This document shows positions 1 through 8,958 of a stretch of DNA of 36,850 nt, one piece after another. Position 1 is the stretch's first letter. Each line of letters opens with the position of its first letter. The notes below the pieces were generated by a model. The model was given only the letters and a program-made list of their open reading frames with translations. It did not search any database and was not told the origin of the DNA. Origin of the DNA: a virus. Taxonomy: Duplodnaviria; Heunggongvirae; Uroviricota; Caudoviricetes. The position numbers were made by a program, and so were the translations under genes. The stretch lies in the IMG/VR virus record IMGVR_UViG_2778261418_000018, positions 1 to 36,850 of that record. One strand, given 5' to 3'.

Positions 1-151
1 TCGTTTCGGCGTAATTTTCAGCAAACGATCAAAAGTGGTGAAAAATATCGTTGACTCATCGCGCCAGGTAAGTAGAATGCAACGCATCGAACGGCGGCAC
101 TGATTGCCAGACGATAATAAAATCAAGTGATTAACTGATTGCTTGATGAAT

Positions 152-227
<76 letters not shown>

Positions 228-281
228 GTTTAAAAGACATCGGCCTCAAGCGGATGTCTGGCTGAAAGGCCTGAAGAATTT

Positions 282-355
282 GGCGCGTTAACAAAGCGGT
301 TATGTAGCGGATTGCAAATCCGTCTAGTCCGGTTCGACTCCGGAACGCGCCTCCA
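282..355 (+). tRNA. cysT: tRNA-Cys, anticodon GCA
   Basis: GGCGCGTTAACAAAGCGGTTATGTAGCGGATTGCAAATCCG...GCGCCTCCA; anticodon loop ATTGCAAAT; second gene of the glyW-cysT-leuZ operon. Confidence 0.9.
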
Positions 356-367
356 CTTTCTTCCCGA

Positions 368-454
368 GCCCGGATGGTGGAATCGGTAGACACAAGGGAT
401 TTAAAATCCCTCGGCGTTCGCGCTGTGCGGGTTCAAGTCCCGCTCCGGGTACCA
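368..454 (+). tRNA. leuZ: tRNA-Leu, anticodon TAA (long variable arm)
   Basis: GCCCGGATGGTGGAATCGGTAGACACAAGGGATTTAAAATCCC...GGGTACCA; 87 nt with class II variable arm. Confidence 0.9.
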
Positions 455-496
455 TGGGAAAAATAAGCATAAAATCAAAGCAATAAGCAGTGTCGT

Positions 497-521
497 GAAA
501 CCACCTTCGGGTGGTTTTTTT
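497..521 (+). terminator. rho-independent terminator of the tRNA operon
   Basis: GAAACCACC-TTCG-GGTGGTTTTTTT hairpin followed by T-run. Confidence 0.8.
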
Positions 522-654
522 GCATTTGCATTTTCTGCAATGGCTGTAAAGTGGCGATGGTGTGGCGATATGCAGAAACAATGATAGTGCACGTCTGTTT
601 AAACTCTAAGGGTGAAGCAGAACTCTCCAGCAACTCATCTGCATTTCGCATATT

Positions 655-775
655 GAACTAGGGCCTTGGTTAAATCAAAATTTTTTCTGGGGTCTTCCCA
701 CTCAACTTCATTTTTCCTCCTACCACCCGCCAAAAGGTGTCTGCGCTAATCTATCTTTTTTAATCTGACAACATC
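655..775. repeat. diverged direct repeat, copy A (~110 bp)
   Basis: AGGGCCTTGGTTAAATCAAAATTTTTTCTGGGG...CGCCAAAAGGTGTCTGCGCTAATCTATCTTTTTTAAT resembles 1660..1780 (by-eye alignment, roughly 70% identity). Confidence 0.6.
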
Positions 776-993
776 CTGAGAGAAGACAAATTCGTTAGAT
801 TTACTGTTTTTCTGCTGCCTCGAATGCTGATGTCTGCAGCACTGATAATAACTCTATCTCTTTGATATAGATCTTTTTTTTGATGAATTGCACGACATAT
901 TATCGTGATGGCACCTTCTTGTTAAAGGTGTTGTACTCCTCATCTCGATTTTATGATGTGGGCTATGATTGGTTAGTAATAGAGTGTATCGGT

Positions 994-1275
994 ATGCGAT
1001 GTGGTTTATTAATGGCAATCTGCCTTTGTTTGGTATCTTTTAGTGGGTATGCAGCAACAGGAAAGTCAGATGCTCAGATCAAGAAAGAAATAATTAAAGA
1101 ATCCATTGAATCTTATCCAGGCAATTGTGCGTGTCCTTATAATCATGCAAGGAATGGTAGTAGATGTGGTGGGCGCAGTGCATATAGCCGTACTGGAGGG
1201 TATGACGTGGTATGTTATGAGAGTGATGTTACCGATGAAATGATCCGGCAATGGAAGCAGGAGAATGCTGAGTAA
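994..1275 (+). CDS. small secreted cysteine-containing protein (signal peptide MRCGLLMAICLCLVSFSGYA; motif GNCACPY...GSRCGGRSAYSRTGGY...CY)
   Basis: ORF 880..1275; N-terminal part of the long ORF is not protein-like, so the internal ATG at 994 preceding a hydrophobic signal sequence is preferred; own terminator downstream. Confidence 0.45.
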   Translation: MRCGLLMAICLCLVSFSGYAATGKSDAQIKKEIIKESIESYPGNCACPYNHARNGSRCGGRSAYSRTGGYDVVCYESDVTDEMIRQWKQENAE

Positions 1276-1352
1276 TCTCTTTTAACAGGTTTGTTGTGCG
1301 AGCATTATGTGCCGTTAACGGTATACTAGCTAGTGAGAGTTCCAAAAAGAAA

Positions 1353-1380
1353 CCCCGCAGTTTTTACGCTGCGGGTTTGT
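1353..1380. terminator. bidirectional hairpin terminator
   Basis: CCCCGCAG-TTTTTACG-CTGCGGG followed by TTTGTT on plus; A-run upstream gives T-run on minus. Confidence 0.65.
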
Positions 1381-1659
1381 TATTCATGTCTATGAGATAG
1401 GGTGCCTTATCGACCTTACCCTGGCAACCGATTGACGGGGGATTACTCCCCCGTCGCGGTTTCCTTACTGCTTACACTGTAAGAACGCCGCAAACTCCGC
1501 TCCCCAGAAGCTCATCCGTATTTCACACAGCGAACCGTGTAGCATCCAGATGATGAGGATTGCCGTCACGCAGAACGTGATGGCCATAAGCGATTTTTGC
1601 GACATAGCGCTTGCTCCTTTTTTGGGGAGGCGCTAACCTATCACTTGCTAAGGTTAGAT

Positions 1660-1780
1660 GGTCAGGGCCTCGGTTAAACAGAAATGTTTTCCGGGGCCTT
1701 TCCACATCTGGCCTTCGGGCATTCCCTCCGACCATCAGCCGAAAGGCACCCGCGCGTAATCTATCGCTTTTTTGTTACTC
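1660..1780. repeat. diverged direct repeat, copy B (immediately downstream of ogr)
   Basis: AGGGCCTCGGTTAAACAGAAATGTTTTCCGGGG...GCCGAAAGGCACCCGCGCGTAATCTATCGCTTTTTTGTTACT; counterpart of 655..775. Confidence 0.6.
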
Positions 1781-1795
1781 CGGCAATTCTGCCTG

Positions 1796-2056
1796 TTAAT
1801 TCTGAGGTAAAGGCAAACTCATCTGACTGTTTCCCCTGTGTGACGCTGGCAACTCATGCCACGGGATACCTTCTGAAGAGTGAACGCCGGAGGCGTGTTT
1901 TGATGTGAATTTATGGAAAGCTTCCAGTGTTGAGAAGCATACGCCGCATTCCAGGTTGTTACACTGGTAATACTTTTGCCGCACGGTGTTTGAATCATTT
2001 TCCGGACGACTGGTGCGGATACGGGCAGATGCGCCACAAAGCGGACAACGGAACAT
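1796..2056 (-). CDS. ogr: Ogr/Delta-type zinc-finger late transcription activator
   Basis: MFRCPLCGASARIRTSR...YYQCNNLECGVCF resembles P2 Ogr (as recalled) with C-x2-C...C-x4-C zinc finger; RBS GGGAGG upstream of ATG at 2056. Confidence 0.8.
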   Translation of the reverse strand: MFRCPLCGASARIRTSRPENDSNTVRQKYYQCNNLECGVCFSTLEAFHKFTSKHASGVHSSEGIPWHELPASHRGNSQMSLPLPQN

Positions 2057-2098
2057 AGCGACCTCCCTTAACGTGGTGTTGCCGCTATTCTAAGTTGC

Positions 2099-3208
2099 TC
2101 ACTCTGTTTCCGCTATCCATTCCGGGATTTTTGCCTCAAGCTCAAGCTGCGTGGTAAAGCCGCTGTTATCAATGGTGTGCTCGGCTTTTGCAATAATCCA
2201 GTCCTGATTATCAATCTCGCTTTTAAATCCTGTTACCGTGCCATGCATTTCGGGGTAGAGTTCTGCACGTCCACGTGCCAGCGTGATGGAAAATGATGCG
2301 GCTCCGCGTTGTAGCTGCTGCCACTTTGCCGCCGCTGCGCGTCTTGCTGCCTGCTCGTTCTGATAAGTCTTGCGTAACACAAACACGTTGCCTTCCGCAC
2401 CTTCCATATAGTCACCTTCACGGCTGCTGCTTTTCTCCTTTTTAGGTTTTGGCGGTTTGCGGCGTTTCACGCTGACTTTTTTCTTTTTCCCGTAATTAAG
2501 ATCAAGCCAGTAAGCGCGTACCCCCGTATACGCCTCGCGGTCAGCAATGCGGAACTGATGGCGATCGCCGTTGCTGCGGGTGATGGAGAACGATGGCAAC
2601 GGCTGGCCCTGTGCGTTCACGCCACCGCCTGGCATGATGAATAACAGATTGCCGCTTTTTACCGTGGTGATTGCGCCCAGCATTTCCGCCATGCGCGTAA
2701 GGAAGGACATGTCGCTTTCTTCGGTCTGGTCGGCGTGGTCGATTTCGATATCCATCAGCATTTCGCTGATTTGCGGTTTCAGGCCGTACCGATGAGCGAT
2801 GGCGGATACCACGCGCTCAACGGTCACATCGTGCCAGGATACTTCACGTTTAACGTTAAATTCATCCCGAAAATCTGCGCTTCTGGCTGAAACAGTCAGC
2901 CTGTCCGGTGGTCCTTCGTGAGCGATTTCATCAACAATGTAGGTGCCTTTTTCAGTCAGCGGTTCCCCTTTCCAGCCAATGAGAACCGTCAGACGCGCGC
3001 CCCGTGGCGGTAGCTGCAACTGGCCATCGGCATCATCCAGCGTGATGGTGAGCTGGTCCGCCTCAAATCCCCGGTTGTCGGTCAGTGACAGGCTCATCAG
3101 GCGGTCTGCTACGCCGGACAGCGTTTTACCCTCCGCGAGAATATCAAAATCCGGCATTTTCACGGGGTCAGTGCCCTGGCTGAGCAATTGCATGGTGGTG
3201 TCGGTCAT
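2099..3208 (-). CDS. D: tail protein D (late control gene D family)
   Basis: LSLTDNRGFEADQLTITLDDADGQLQLPPRGA...SARSADFR...SWHD typical gpD; start moved to internal ATG at 3208 (MTDTTMQLL) preceded by RBS GGGAGGG. Confidence 0.85.
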   Translation of the reverse strand: MTDTTMQLLSQGTDPVKMPDFDILAEGKTLSGVADRLMSLSLTDNRGFEADQLTITLDDADGQLQLPPRGARLTVLIGWKGEPLTEKGTYIVDEIAHEGPPDRLTVSARSADFRDEFNVKREVSWHDVTVERVVSAIAHRYGLKPQISEMLMDIEIDHADQTEESDMSFLTRMAEMLGAITTVKSGNLLFIMPGGGVNAQGQPLPSFSITRSNGDRHQFRIADREAYTGVRAYWLDLNYGKKKKVSVKRRKPPKPKKEKSSSREGDYMEGAEGNVFVLRKTYQNEQAARRAAAAKWQQLQRGAASFSITLARGRAELYPEMHGTVTGFKSEIDNQDWIIAKAEHTIDNSGFTTQLELEAKIPEWIAETE

Positions 3209-3365
3209 CTGTTCCCTCCCTGTGCGGCATGGTCGCATGTGCGTGCGGAAGGGGTTACTGCTTTTTGTTGTCGCCGTGGCGGGAGAACGGCGCAGGGGTG
3301 AGATTACGCGCGTGGTAGGTGATGATTGTTGCTGAATCATTTAACGGATACAAGGGGCTGAAGCT

Positions 3366-4550
3366 ATGAGTGAAACTCGTTTTCATGGTGCCCGTGTTAC
3401 GGAAAATACCGACCTGGTAACAGCGATTAACGATGTTGATTCCAGCGTTATCGGTATCGTGGCAACGGCGGATGATGCGGACGCGAAGCTGTTCCCGCTG
3501 AACAAGCCCACACTGCTGACCCGCGTTAATGACGTGCTGGGAAAATGCGGGACAACGGGGACGCTTTATCGTGCGCTTAAGGCAATCGCAGACCAGGTGA
3601 GCACAAAGGTGATCGTCGTTCGCGTGGCTGAACACAAAGAAGAAGACGGAAAGACGCAGGATCAACTGGTTATCGGTGGTTCTGAGGATGACGGCAGCTA
3701 TACGGGGATGTATGCGCTGCTTGTTGCAGAGCAGGATGAAAGCATCGGATACCGTCCGCGTATTCTGGCAGCGCCGGAGCTGGACACGGAGGCTGTAACA
3801 AAATCCCTGTGCGTGATTGCGGGTAAACTGCGCGCGTTTGTGTATGCCTCATGTCATGGCTGTAACACGATGGCTGAGGCAATTACCTACCGCCAGAAAT
3901 TCAACGAACGTGAGGTGATGCTCTTATGGCCGGACTTCATCGCCTACAACCCGAAAAGTGGCAAAAACGAAACGTTCCCCGCGCCTGCCTATGCGTGCGG
4001 CCTTCGTGCGTACATTGACCATGAGCAGGGCTGGCACAAATCGCTGTCCAACGTTCCGGTTAAAAATGTGCTGGGGATGTCCAGGCATGTGTTCTGGTCG
4101 TTGCAGGCCGAAGACAGTGATGCCAACAGCCTCAACAACAAAGAAATCACGACCATTATTCGTCGCAACGGGTTCCGCTTCTGGGGCAACCGCACACCGG
4201 AAACGAACGCCTACATCTTTGAGGTGTATACCCGAACCGCACAGGTGCTGGCTGATTCAATTGCGGAAGCGCAGTTTGAAACCATCGACAGTCCACTGAC
4301 GCCTGCGAACGTGAAAGATGTTATCAGTGCCATCAGGGCAAAACTGGATTCACTGGTTACTGCCGGGAAACTGATTGGGGCGTCGTGCTGGTATGACGTG
4401 GTGGATAACGGCACCACGAATTTACGTCAGGGGCGCGTGCGTATTCGCTACAAATATACGCCTGTTCCCCCGCTGGAAGACATGGAGCTTTACCAGTCGT
4501 TTACTGATGAATTCTTTGGTCCCGCATTTGCGGTGCTGGGAGGTGCCTGA
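3366..4550 (+). CDS. FI: tail sheath protein FI
   Basis: 394 aa, P2 FI-like size and sequence (MSETRFHGARVTENTDLVTAINDVD...). Confidence 0.9.
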   Translation: MSETRFHGARVTENTDLVTAINDVDSSVIGIVATADDADAKLFPLNKPTLLTRVNDVLGKCGTTGTLYRALKAIADQVSTKVIVVRVAEHKEEDGKTQDQLVIGGSEDDGSYTGMYALLVAEQDESIGYRPRILAAPELDTEAVTKSLCVIAGKLRAFVYASCHGCNTMAEAITYRQKFNEREVMLLWPDFIAYNPKSGKNETFPAPAYACGLRAYIDHEQGWHKSLSNVPVKNVLGMSRHVFWSLQAEDSDANSLNNKEITTIIRRNGFRFWGNRTPETNAYIFEVYTRTAQVLADSIAEAQFETIDSPLTPANVKDVISAIRAKLDSLVTAGKLIGASCWYDVVDNGTTNLRQGRVRIRYKYTPVPPLEDMELYQSFTDEFFGPAFAVLGGA

Positions 4551-5062
4551 TGGCTGTACCAAAACATCTTCGCTTTTTTACGTTGTTTGTGGATGGTGAA
4601 AACGAAGTGGGTAAAGTGACATCCGTCACGCCGCCCAAACTGACGCGCAAAACCGACAGTTATCGTGGTGGTGGCATGATGGGGGCGGTAAGTATTGATC
4701 TCGGTCTGGACGACTCCGCGCTTGATGCGAGCTTTGTCATGGGGGGAGCTGTTCGTGCACTGTTCCTTAAGTATGGCGGCACGATTGACGGCACGCTGCT
4801 GCGTTTTGCGGGTGAATATTACACCGATGCAGAAAGCGATCTGTATGAAATCGAGATGCGCGGGCGTGTGACGGAAATTGATATGGGGGAGGCCAAACAG
4901 GGCGAAGCCACATCACACACATACGCTGTCAAAAACACCTACTACAAGCTGAGTGTTAACGATCGCCCGCTGTGGGAAATCGACCTGTTGAACCACATCT
5001 ACCGGAAGGACGGCAAGGACATTGTGCCTGACCGCATTCGCTCCGCGCTTGGGCTTGGCTGA
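4550..5062 (+). CDS. FII: tail tube protein FII
   Basis: 170 aa; start overlaps FI stop (TGATG); P2 FII-like. Confidence 0.9.
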   Translation: MAVPKHLRFFTLFVDGENEVGKVTSVTPPKLTRKTDSYRGGGMMGAVSIDLGLDDSALDASFVMGGAVRALFLKYGGTIDGTLLRFAGEYYTDAESDLYEIEMRGRVTEIDMGEAKQGEATSHTYAVKNTYYKLSVNDRPLWEIDLLNHIYRKDGKDIVPDRIRSALGLG

Positions 5063-5117
5063 TAAGTAATATGCAGGCGACGCAGTGCGTCGCCTCTGAC
5101 TGAAAAGGAGACAACTG

Positions 5118-5492
5118 ATGAAAGACATCGATACTGAAACCCGGAATAACACCGTAGCGGATGATGTGACGGCAGGTGAGGATATGGCTGTCGAACGTGG
5201 TGTAAAACTTTCCCGGCCAATTGAGCGTGGTGCCGAAAAAATCACATATGTGGAAATCACCGGGGCTATTGAGCAGGCGGGATCCCTGCGTGGTCTGTCG
5301 CTGTCTGATGTGCTGAATCTGAAAGCGGATACCATGTTCACGCTGTTGCCTCGCGTGACCTCGCCACGACTGGATGAAGTGATGATTAAAAAAATGTCGT
5401 CACGCGATTTTATTCAGTTGTGCGCTGCGGCTGTAAATTTTATGAGCGAGCCAGACTCTGGCGCGAAGAGCGTGCAGGAGACGGCAGCGTAA
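5118..5492 (+). CDS. E: tail assembly chaperone E (0-frame product); E+E' made by -1 frameshift into the frame open 5390..5656
   Basis: Position between FII and T; overlapping -1 frame ORF with no good start; slippery candidates AAATTTT (5435..5441) and A7 (5388..5394). Confidence 0.7.
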   Translation: MKDIDTETRNNTVADDVTAGEDMAVERGVKLSRPIERGAEKITYVEITGAIEQAGSLRGLSLSDVLNLKADTMFTLLPRVTSPRLDEVMIKKMSSRDFIQLCAAAVNFMSEPDSGAKSVQETAA

Positions 5493-5633
5493 TCACCCTG
5501 GTGTGCTTTGAGCACATCGAAGATCTGGTGGCGGATATTGCCGCCATTTTTAACTGGTCGCCCGCCGAAATCTTCATGATGACGCCCGGCGAAGTGGTTA
5601 GCTGGCGTGAGCGGGCGGCACTTCGCAGCGGGA

Positions 5634-8450
5634 ATGCAGATAATGAAGACTCTTGACATCCGGGTCGCTTTCAGCGCCGTTGACAGGCTGACCCGGCCTG
5701 CCGAAAACGCCCGCCGCCTGATGGGGCAGTTTGGTGACTCCATCCAGCGAACGCAGGGGGCGATCAAAAATCTCGAGCGTCAGGCGCGTTCATTTGAGCG
5801 CGCCCGCGACGCTGTCAGTAAAGCGGATGCGGGTATCGTGAAAGCACGACGCCAGCTTAACGCCCTTAATCAGTTACAACGCACGGGTACAGTGCTCAGC
5901 GAAAAACAACAAAAGCTGATGCAGCAGTTAAGCACCCGGCTTGAACGCCTGAATGAATCGCGCACACGGGAAATTCAGAAAATGCGGGAGCTTGGCGGAG
6001 AGCTGAAACGCCACGGCATTTCCCTGACAGGCAGCGATAACACCATCCAGCAGGCCATCAGACGCACCGAACAGTACAACAACCAGCTTGAACGCGAACG
6101 GCAGGCGCTTGCGCGTGTAACGCGGGCGCGTGAGCGGTATTCGCGCGCGCAGGAAACAGCGGGAAAACTGAAAACAGGTGGTGCGCTGGCAATTGGTGCG
6201 GCAGCGGCGGGCGGCTATGCTGCCGGGCGTTTTTTGCAGCCTGCGATCGGGTTCGGGAAAGAAATGTCCCGCGTTCAGGCACTGACGCGAATCGACAAAA
6301 ACAGCCCGCAGTTTAAGGCGCTGCGTGAGCAGGCGTTAAAACTTGGCTCTGAAACGCAGTTCACCGCAGGCGATGCCGCCAGTGGGCAGGCATTTCTTGC
6401 AATGGCTGGCTTCACACCACAGGCCATTCAGGCTGCGCTCCCTGGCGTACTGAGCATGGCAACGGCTGGCGGTATGGACCTCGGTGAGACGGCGGATATT
6501 GGCTCAAATATTCTGACGCAGTTCGGTCTTTCTGCTGACCAGATGGGCCGGGTCGGCGACACACTCACCGCAGCGTTTACCCGTACCAACACTGACCTTC
6601 GCGCACTGGGTGAAACCATGAAATATGCAGGTCCGGTGGCGGGTAAGCTGGGAATATCGCTGGAGCAGGCCGCAGCGATGGCGGGCGTGCTGGCGAATAT
6701 GGGTATCAGGGGGAGTGATGCTGGTACGGCAATGCGTGCCAGCCTGGCTCGTCTGGCATCACCGCCAAAGGCGGCAGCAGAGGCGCTGAAAGAGCTTGGC
6801 GTGTCTGTCTCGGATGCCGGGGGCAAAATGCGCCCGATGGAGGATGTGCTGGCTGACCTTTATAAAGCTACCCGCAAATACGGGGAAGTTGACCGGGTAT
6901 CGTTCTTTAAGGACATTGCCGGAGAAGAGGCTTTCACATCATTTATGGCCCTCGTTGATGCGGCAGGTGACGGCTCCTTACCCAAACTGAGAAAAGAACT
7001 TGAAGGCGCGCGCGGTGAGGCTGAACGCACGGCAAAGGTTATGGCCAACAACCTTGACGGCGATTTGAAATCACTCAGCAGTGCATGGGAAGGGTTGCGC
7101 ATCCGCATTGCAGATCTGATTGACGGTCCGCTGCGTTCTGTCACGCAGTGGCTCACGCGTGTGGTATCAAAGGTGACGGCGCTGGCGCAGGCCCATCCCG
7201 CACTGACGCGCCAGCTACTGATTGCAGGCGGTGCACTGCTGGCAATGACTGCAACGGTTGGCTCGTTGTCGCTGGCTATTGGTGTGCTTGCTGGCCCGCT
7301 GGCAAAACTGCGTCTTGGTTTTTCCCTCCTGACCGGATCAATGAATGCTGTCAGGGTTCTGCCAGCACTATGGGGAATGGTGACGGGTTCCGTTTCTTTA
7401 CTGGGAGGCGCTATCGGGGCGTTGTTCAGTCCGGTTGGTCTTATCGTGGCTGCGCTTGCCGGAGCTGCCGTTCTTATCTGGAAATACTGGGATCCCATCA
7501 GGGCATTTTTTGCCGGGGTGTTCAGCGGGATTATGGAAAGGCTGACCCCGTTGCGCGAAACCTTTGAACGGTTTGGTCCTGTTTTTGACGCAATCGGAAG
7601 CGGGATCAGCCAGGTGTTTAACTGGTTTAAATCGCTGTTGTCACCGATGGAGTCCAGCAAGGAAACGCTGGATAAATGCACCAGTGCTGGCGAGGTATTC
7701 GGCAACGTTCTTGGTGGCGCGTTACAGCTTGTTCTGACGCCAGCAAAAATGTTGCTGGATACGCTGGCGTGGATACTTGAAAAACTCGGTGTGCTTCCGG
7801 ATGAAGCGGAAAGGACGAGAAAGAAAATCGAAGACGCACAGCGTGCGGCCATTCTTCAGGACAAGGTTGCCTTGCTTCAGGGTGACCTGGCGAAAATCAA
7901 TCCGCCGAAGCCTGTGGAAAATGGCAATGGCACCGGAGGTGATAAACCCAAAGACAACAAACCGCTCACAGACAGCAATACCGGTACGCTACGCAGACTC
8001 AGCAAAATTGCTGATAACACAGGTAAGCTGGTTGATGAGACGAAAAAACGCATTGGCCCCGGCGATATTGTCTTTAAGAACCTGCCCCGCGCACTTGCCG
8101 TTCGTGGGGAGTGGCAGGAGCGGAAGATTGCGCAGGTCAGTAAGCCTGCCCCCGCAATTAATATCACGCCTGTGGTTCCGGCCCCGCTGCCTCCGGCGCT
8201 GGTCCCTGTTGTTGCGGCCAGCTCCCGCCCGGTGGCGGAGGCCATACGATCGCCAGTGGCATCAGCCCCAACACCTTCGCGTAACCGGGAACCTGTTGCC
8301 TCAGGATTTGGCGATGAAATTCATGTTCATCTGCATAACGTTGTTACGCAGAATCCCCGCGAACTGGCGAAACTGGTCGGTGAAATGGTCAGGGCAGAAA
8401 TGGAACGGCGCGCCCGTGCTGGGCGTGGCAGTTTTTACGATAAAGATTGA
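5634..8450 (+). CDS. T: tail tape measure protein T
   Basis: ~940 aa, coiled-coil N-terminus, Gly/Ala-rich hydrophobic central region; ORF track start 5607 is GTG, ATG at 5634 or 5643 also possible. Confidence 0.85.
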   Translation: MQIMKTLDIRVAFSAVDRLTRPAENARRLMGQFGDSIQRTQGAIKNLERQARSFERARDAVSKADAGIVKARRQLNALNQLQRTGTVLSEKQQKLMQQLSTRLERLNESRTREIQKMRELGGELKRHGISLTGSDNTIQQAIRRTEQYNNQLERERQALARVTRARERYSRAQETAGKLKTGGALAIGAAAAGGYAAGRFLQPAIGFGKEMSRVQALTRIDKNSPQFKALREQALKLGSETQFTAGDAASGQAFLAMAGFTPQAIQAALPGVLSMATAGGMDLGETADIGSNILTQFGLSADQMGRVGDTLTAAFTRTNTDLRALGETMKYAGPVAGKLGISLEQAAAMAGVLANMGIRGSDAGTAMRASLARLASPPKAAAEALKELGVSVSDAGGKMRPMEDVLADLYKATRKYGEVDRVSFFKDIAGEEAFTSFMALVDAAGDGSLPKLRKELEGARGEAERTAKVMANNLDGDLKSLSSAWEGLRIRIADLIDGPLRSVTQWLTRVVSKVTALAQAHPALTRQLLIAGGALLAMTATVGSLSLAIGVLAGPLAKLRLGFSLLTGSMNAVRVLPALWGMVTGSVSLLGGAIGALFSPVGLIVAALAGAAVLIWKYWDPIRAFFAGVFSGIMERLTPLRETFERFGPVFDAIGSGISQVFNWFKSLLSPMESSKETLDKCTSAGEVFGNVLGGALQLVLTPAKMLLDTLAWILEKLGVLPDEAERTRKKIEDAQRAAILQDKVALLQGDLAKINPPKPVENGNGTGGDKPKDNKPLTDSNTGTLRRLSKIADNTGKLVDETKKRIGPGDIVFKNLPRALAVRGEWQERKIAQVSKPAPAINITPVVPAPLPPALVPVVAASSRPVAEAIRSPVASAPTPSRNREPVASGFGDEIHVHLHNVVTQNPRELAKLVGEMVRAEMERRARAGRGSFYDKD

Positions 8451-8456
8451 GGAGTC

Positions 8457-8951
8457 ATGGCCATGATGATGATCTACGGCATGTTTGTTTTTGAGCTGCG
8501 CACGCTGCCGCATCAGCAGTTACAGCAAAACAAAAGCTGGCGGCATGTGAAAAATGAACGCGTTAACCGTTCAGCAAGCTGGCAGTATATCGGTGCAGGT
8601 GATGATCGCATCGTTCTTTCTGGTGTGCTTTATCCTGAAATTACAGGTGGCGAAGTGTCGCTGTCGCTGCTGACCACGCAGGCGTATACAGGACGACCCT
8701 GGCCTTTGATTGATGGCGTCGGGCAGATTTACGGCATGTATGTCCTGACCGGAACGAATACGACCCGTTCCGAGTTTGATCGCTACGGTAAGGCGAAAAA
8801 GATAGAATTTTCACTGACCCTTGAACGCTGTGATGAGGATTTGCGGGAGCGCCTGCAATCCTCATCGTTCAGTGATATGCTGTCCGGCTTCAAAGATAAG
8901 GTCACATCATCCCTTAACAGCGCGGCCAGCTCCGTTAAAGGGCTGTTTTGA
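8457..8951 (+). CDS. U: tail protein U
   Basis: 164 aa, follows T as in P2 FETUD operon. Confidence 0.8.
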   Translation: MAMMMIYGMFVFELRTLPHQQLQQNKSWRHVKNERVNRSASWQYIGAGDDRIVLSGVLYPEITGGEVSLSLLTTQAYTGRPWPLIDGVGQIYGMYVLTGTNTTRSEFDRYGKAKKIEFSLTLERCDEDLRERLQSSSFSDMLSGFKDKVTSSLNSAASSVKGLF

Positions 8952-8958
8952 TTAACGC

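Noticed and set aside
880-993. Using the first ATG (880) as start of the small secreted protein
   Set aside because: The first 38 codons are not followed by a signal-peptide-like start; internal ATG at 994 is directly followed by one. Still uncertain.
3209-3365. Ogr-dependent late promoter dyad (TGT-N12-ACA) upstream of FI and D
   Set aside because: Only half-sites (TGTTGT) found on manual scan; no full match, so no promoter is annotated here.
6860-7852. 330-aa ORF antisense to tape-measure gene T
   Set aside because: Lies entirely inside a well-supported gene on the other strand; Ala/Ser/Pro-rich low-complexity translation typical of GC-rich antisense frames; no RBS context.
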